Source: Promethearchaeota archaeon (GTDB lineage: Archaea > Asgardarchaeota > Lokiarchaeia > Sigyniarchaeales > SOKP01). From it: a DNA stretch of 18,442 nt. The position numbers were made by a program, and so were the translations under genes. The stretch covers positions 1-18,442 of the forward strand of contig JAHLWH010000199.1 in NCBI GenBank assembly GCA_019058015.1, written 5' to 3'. The notes under the pieces were generated by a model. It did not search any database. It was not told where the DNA came from and saw only the letters and a list, made by a program, of their open reading frames with translations. Shown here in pieces: positions 16,288-18,442 of this stretch; positions within the stretch are counted from its first letter, which is position 1, and every line of letters begins with the position of its first letter.

Positions 16288-16296
16288 ATTTATAAT
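16288..16296 (-). promoter_or_regulatory. TATA-box candidate for the 50-aa gene
   Basis: Minus-strand TTATAAATA about 55 nt upstream of ATG 16233. The AT-rich background limits certainty. Confidence 0.4.
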
Positions 16297-16318
16297 TATC
16301 TAGATATTTTTAAATCAA

Positions 16319-16783
16319 CTACAACTTGAGTTTCATCAAATTTGATGAGGCTCCAGATTCATAATAGTTATCAATTATTTTGATTACTTTAAAACCATAC
16401 TTTTGATATAAATGAATTGCGACATCATTGTCAGTTTTTACATTTAGAATAATTGATTTAAATTTATTTTTATTTTTTATTTCTTTTAATGTCCTTTTTA
16501 ATAGAAAGGAGCCTAATCCTTGATGTTGATACTCTTCTCTTATTAAAAGATTTATAATATTTGCCCTATTTTTTACACCCTCAATTGAAATAGAAAATCC
16601 AAGGATTTTTTCTGTTTCATCTACTAATTTTATGAACAATAATTTATTTTTAAGTAATTTTTTTAGAAGATCCATAGAAAATGCATCTATTCCAAACATT
16701 TTTTCTTCTAAATAAGAGATCTCCTCTATATCTTTATTTGTAACATTTTTTATTATCATTGATAATGGCAATTTCATGAGCAA
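16319..16783 (-). CDS. GNAT N-acetyltransferase, RimI/Ard1-like
   Basis: IINLLIREEYQHQGLGSFLL (acetyl-CoA-binding Q..G.G), LNVKTDNDVAIHLYQKYGF, NYYESG. The exact start is uncertain because there are several Met/TTG codons. Confidence 0.9.
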   Translation of the reverse strand: MLMKLPLSMIIKNVTNKDIEEISYLEEKMFGIDAFSMDLLKKLLKNKLLFIKLVDETEKILGFSISIEGVKNRANIINLLIREEYQHQGLGSFLLKRTLKEIKNKNKFKSIILNVKTDNDVAIHLYQKYGFKVIKIIDNYYESGASSNLMKLKL

Positions 16784-16800
16784 CTTTACTAATAAATATA

Positions 16801-17931
16801 TTATTCTTTAAAAATATTAATTAAGCTTATTGGTGTTTTCTCAGTTATTTGATAATACATGCCGCGAAATGGTGTTCCTTCAATAATATAGCACTCTAAT
16901 TTGTATTTTTTTAATTCTCTGACAAATTTTTGGTGAATTGGAATATACCATGGTAAATAAATTTTTGACTCTTTAAAAGAAAAGAAATTCTTAGGTAAGT
17001 TTAATTTTGATATGACATTATCGCGAAACTCCCTTAGAGACACTTCTTTACCTTCAATTTGTGCATAAATAAGAAGACCTGCATTATTAACTACTTCATA
17101 GGGCGCCTTAATACTTCTTGCTCTCCGTTTATATCGATTTTTTAATTGATAATGATCCTTTAAAATAATGGGACAATAGTGAAGATTTAACTTTGTTTTT
17201 TTTGCTACATTTTCAATTAGTTTGAGAGCTGATTCTTCGCTGTTTTTAACAGATGCAATTGTTCCTTCTTTTAATAAAAATCCTTTAGATTTAAGAGTTT
17301 CACTATTTGGAAAACACATTTCAAATTCATTTAAATTGATAAAATCACAATTAATTTTATCTAAATAAAAGATAAATTCTTTTAAAGTTTTCAAATTCTT
17401 TTTATCAGGAATTACCGGAACTTCTGCACCCACAGACATACTTTTATTTAACGCATATTTAATATTATTCCAATTCTCCTTAAAAGGATGAAATCTTATC
17501 TCATCTAATCCTGCCAAGGATAATTTTTGCGCTAATTGCTCATTAAAATTAACTCCATTGGTATATAGATGTATATGAAAATTAGAATCCATTTTTTTTT
17601 TTAAAAAAATTATATAATCCAGGGTCTGATTTATATTATTAGGGGCAAGAGGTTCTCCACCAGTTATTGAAACACCATTGGCCTTTATAAGATTAATTTC
17701 TTTTAATACATCTTTAGAATCTTTAACCTGAATTTCATCAGCGTATGTTATTTGTTTATTTTTTCTTTCTTCTGAGATAGGACAATACCAAGAACAATGA
17801 TCAGGTTTCTGACAAATTCCATTAAGGAATAGAACGACCTTTTGTCCCTTTATACAATATTTACATCCCTTAGGAATCCCACGAATAAAATAAGATTCAC
17901 CTTTGGTTTTATATAATTCTGCTCGTGTCAA
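16801..17931 (-). CDS. Radical SAM protein, archaeal COG2108-like
   Basis: PKGCKYC.KG.KVVLF.NG.C, YCPISEER, GVSITGGEPL, FHIHLYTNG, AGLDEIRFHP, GAEVPVIP, FINLNEFE, HYC. TTG start preceded by GAGGT. Confidence 0.88.
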   Translation of the reverse strand: MTRAELYKTKGESYFIRGIPKGCKYCIKGQKVVLFLNGICQKPDHCSWYCPISEERKNKQITYADEIQVKDSKDVLKEINLIKANGVSITGGEPLAPNNINQTLDYIIFLKKKMDSNFHIHLYTNGVNFNEQLAQKLSLAGLDEIRFHPFKENWNNIKYALNKSMSVGAEVPVIPDKKNLKTLKEFIFYLDKINCDFINLNEFEMCFPNSETLKSKGFLLKEGTIASVKNSEESALKLIENVAKKTKLNLHYCPIILKDHYQLKNRYKRRARSIKAPYEVVNNAGLLIYAQIEGKEVSLREFRDNVISKLNLPKNFFSFKESKIYLPWYIPIHQKFVRELKKYKLECYIIEGTPFRGMYYQITEKTPISLINIFKE

Positions 17932-17943
17932 TCTTATTTAACC

Positions 17944-18441
17944 TCAATCGTTCATGAGTATCCTTCTCACAAGAGAATTTCGATCACTAATATCCTTTAA
18001 CACTTTTTCAAAATTATCCTCTAAATTTAATTTTTCATGTAGGAAAACTCCAGTTCTGCCAACATTATCCCTTCTAGTTAAAACGCGTTTTCTTTGAAAT
18101 ATAAATTCTAGATCAATATTCAACAATTTTGAAGCATATAATTCATTATTTTTAAGTTCAAGCTCATTATGACCGTATTTAGTTGGTATCTTTAATATTA
18201 AATTTTTGTCTGTGCCTGGAACCCTTTCATTTTTTGAAAGTTTATCTAAATCAAGACAACCACCAAATTGATACAGTTGAAATGATTTTTTTATGAACCT
18301 TGTTAAAGGAACTGTTAAACATTCTTGCTCGGATAAGTAAATATTTGCCTTAATTGTATCTCCCGGAGTTGCTTGAATTATATCCTTTGCAAAAATATAT
18401 TCTCCATTCTTATCAATAATAACCTCTAATTTGTATGTAGG
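17944..18441 (-). CDS. Archaeal Pol-beta-superfamily nucleotidyltransferase (COG2413-like), 5'-truncated by the window edge
   Basis: The frame is open to the window end: PTYKLEVII...IIQATPGDTIKANIYL...VPLTRF...YQFGG...RVPGTDKNLILKIPTKYGH...RVLTRRDNVGRTGVF. The 60-aa ORF in the track is only its tail. Confidence 0.8.
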   Translation of the reverse strand, partial: PTYKLEVIIDKNGEYIFAKDIIQATPGDTIKANIYLSEQECLTVPLTRFIKKSFQLYQFGGCLDLDKLSKNERVPGTDKNLILKIPTKYGHNELELKNNELYASKLLNIDLEFIFQRKRVLTRRDNVGRTGVFLHEKLNLEDNFEKVLKDISDRNSLVRRILMND

Positions 18442-18442
18442 A

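Noticed and set aside
16319-16783. GNAT next to the WH2-like peptide as an actin-specific N-acetyltransferase
   Set aside because: The sequence is an ordinary RimI/Ard1-type enzyme at the end of a run of housekeeping genes; adjacency is the only support.

Overview
Very AT-rich (roughly 25% GC by eye), gene-dense archaeal DNA. The gene content (pelota, Elf1, Ard1/RimI, two archaeal radical SAM families, a COG2413-like nucleotidyltransferase), the GGTGA-type Shine-Dalgarno motifs and the many lysine-rich orphan genes suggest an Asgard archaeon, probably Lokiarchaeia; this is an inference. Left part (1-7983): a seven-gene minus-strand cluster of unknown function with one AAA+ ATPase, a tandem [Zn-ribbon + PC4-like]x2 protein and long coiled-coil proteins. 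Middle: a divergently transcribed Elf1 with an extra Zn ribbon and an acidic tail, and a 588-aa orphan. Right part: housekeeping genes interrupted by a non-autonomous IS607-type element (internally deleted tnpA, intact-looking tnpB). Mixed among them are three small genes whose products resemble eukaryotic actin/membrane regulators: an unannotated 50-aa WH2/actobindin-like peptide (16081-16233), a BAR-like helical protein (11524-12144), and a coiled-coil + polyproline + basic-helix protein with a WAVE/BRK1/VASP-like layout (10993-11400). Several genes appear to start at ATT/ATA/CTG codons upstream of the ORF-track starts. All family calls come from reading motifs by eye; no searches were run.
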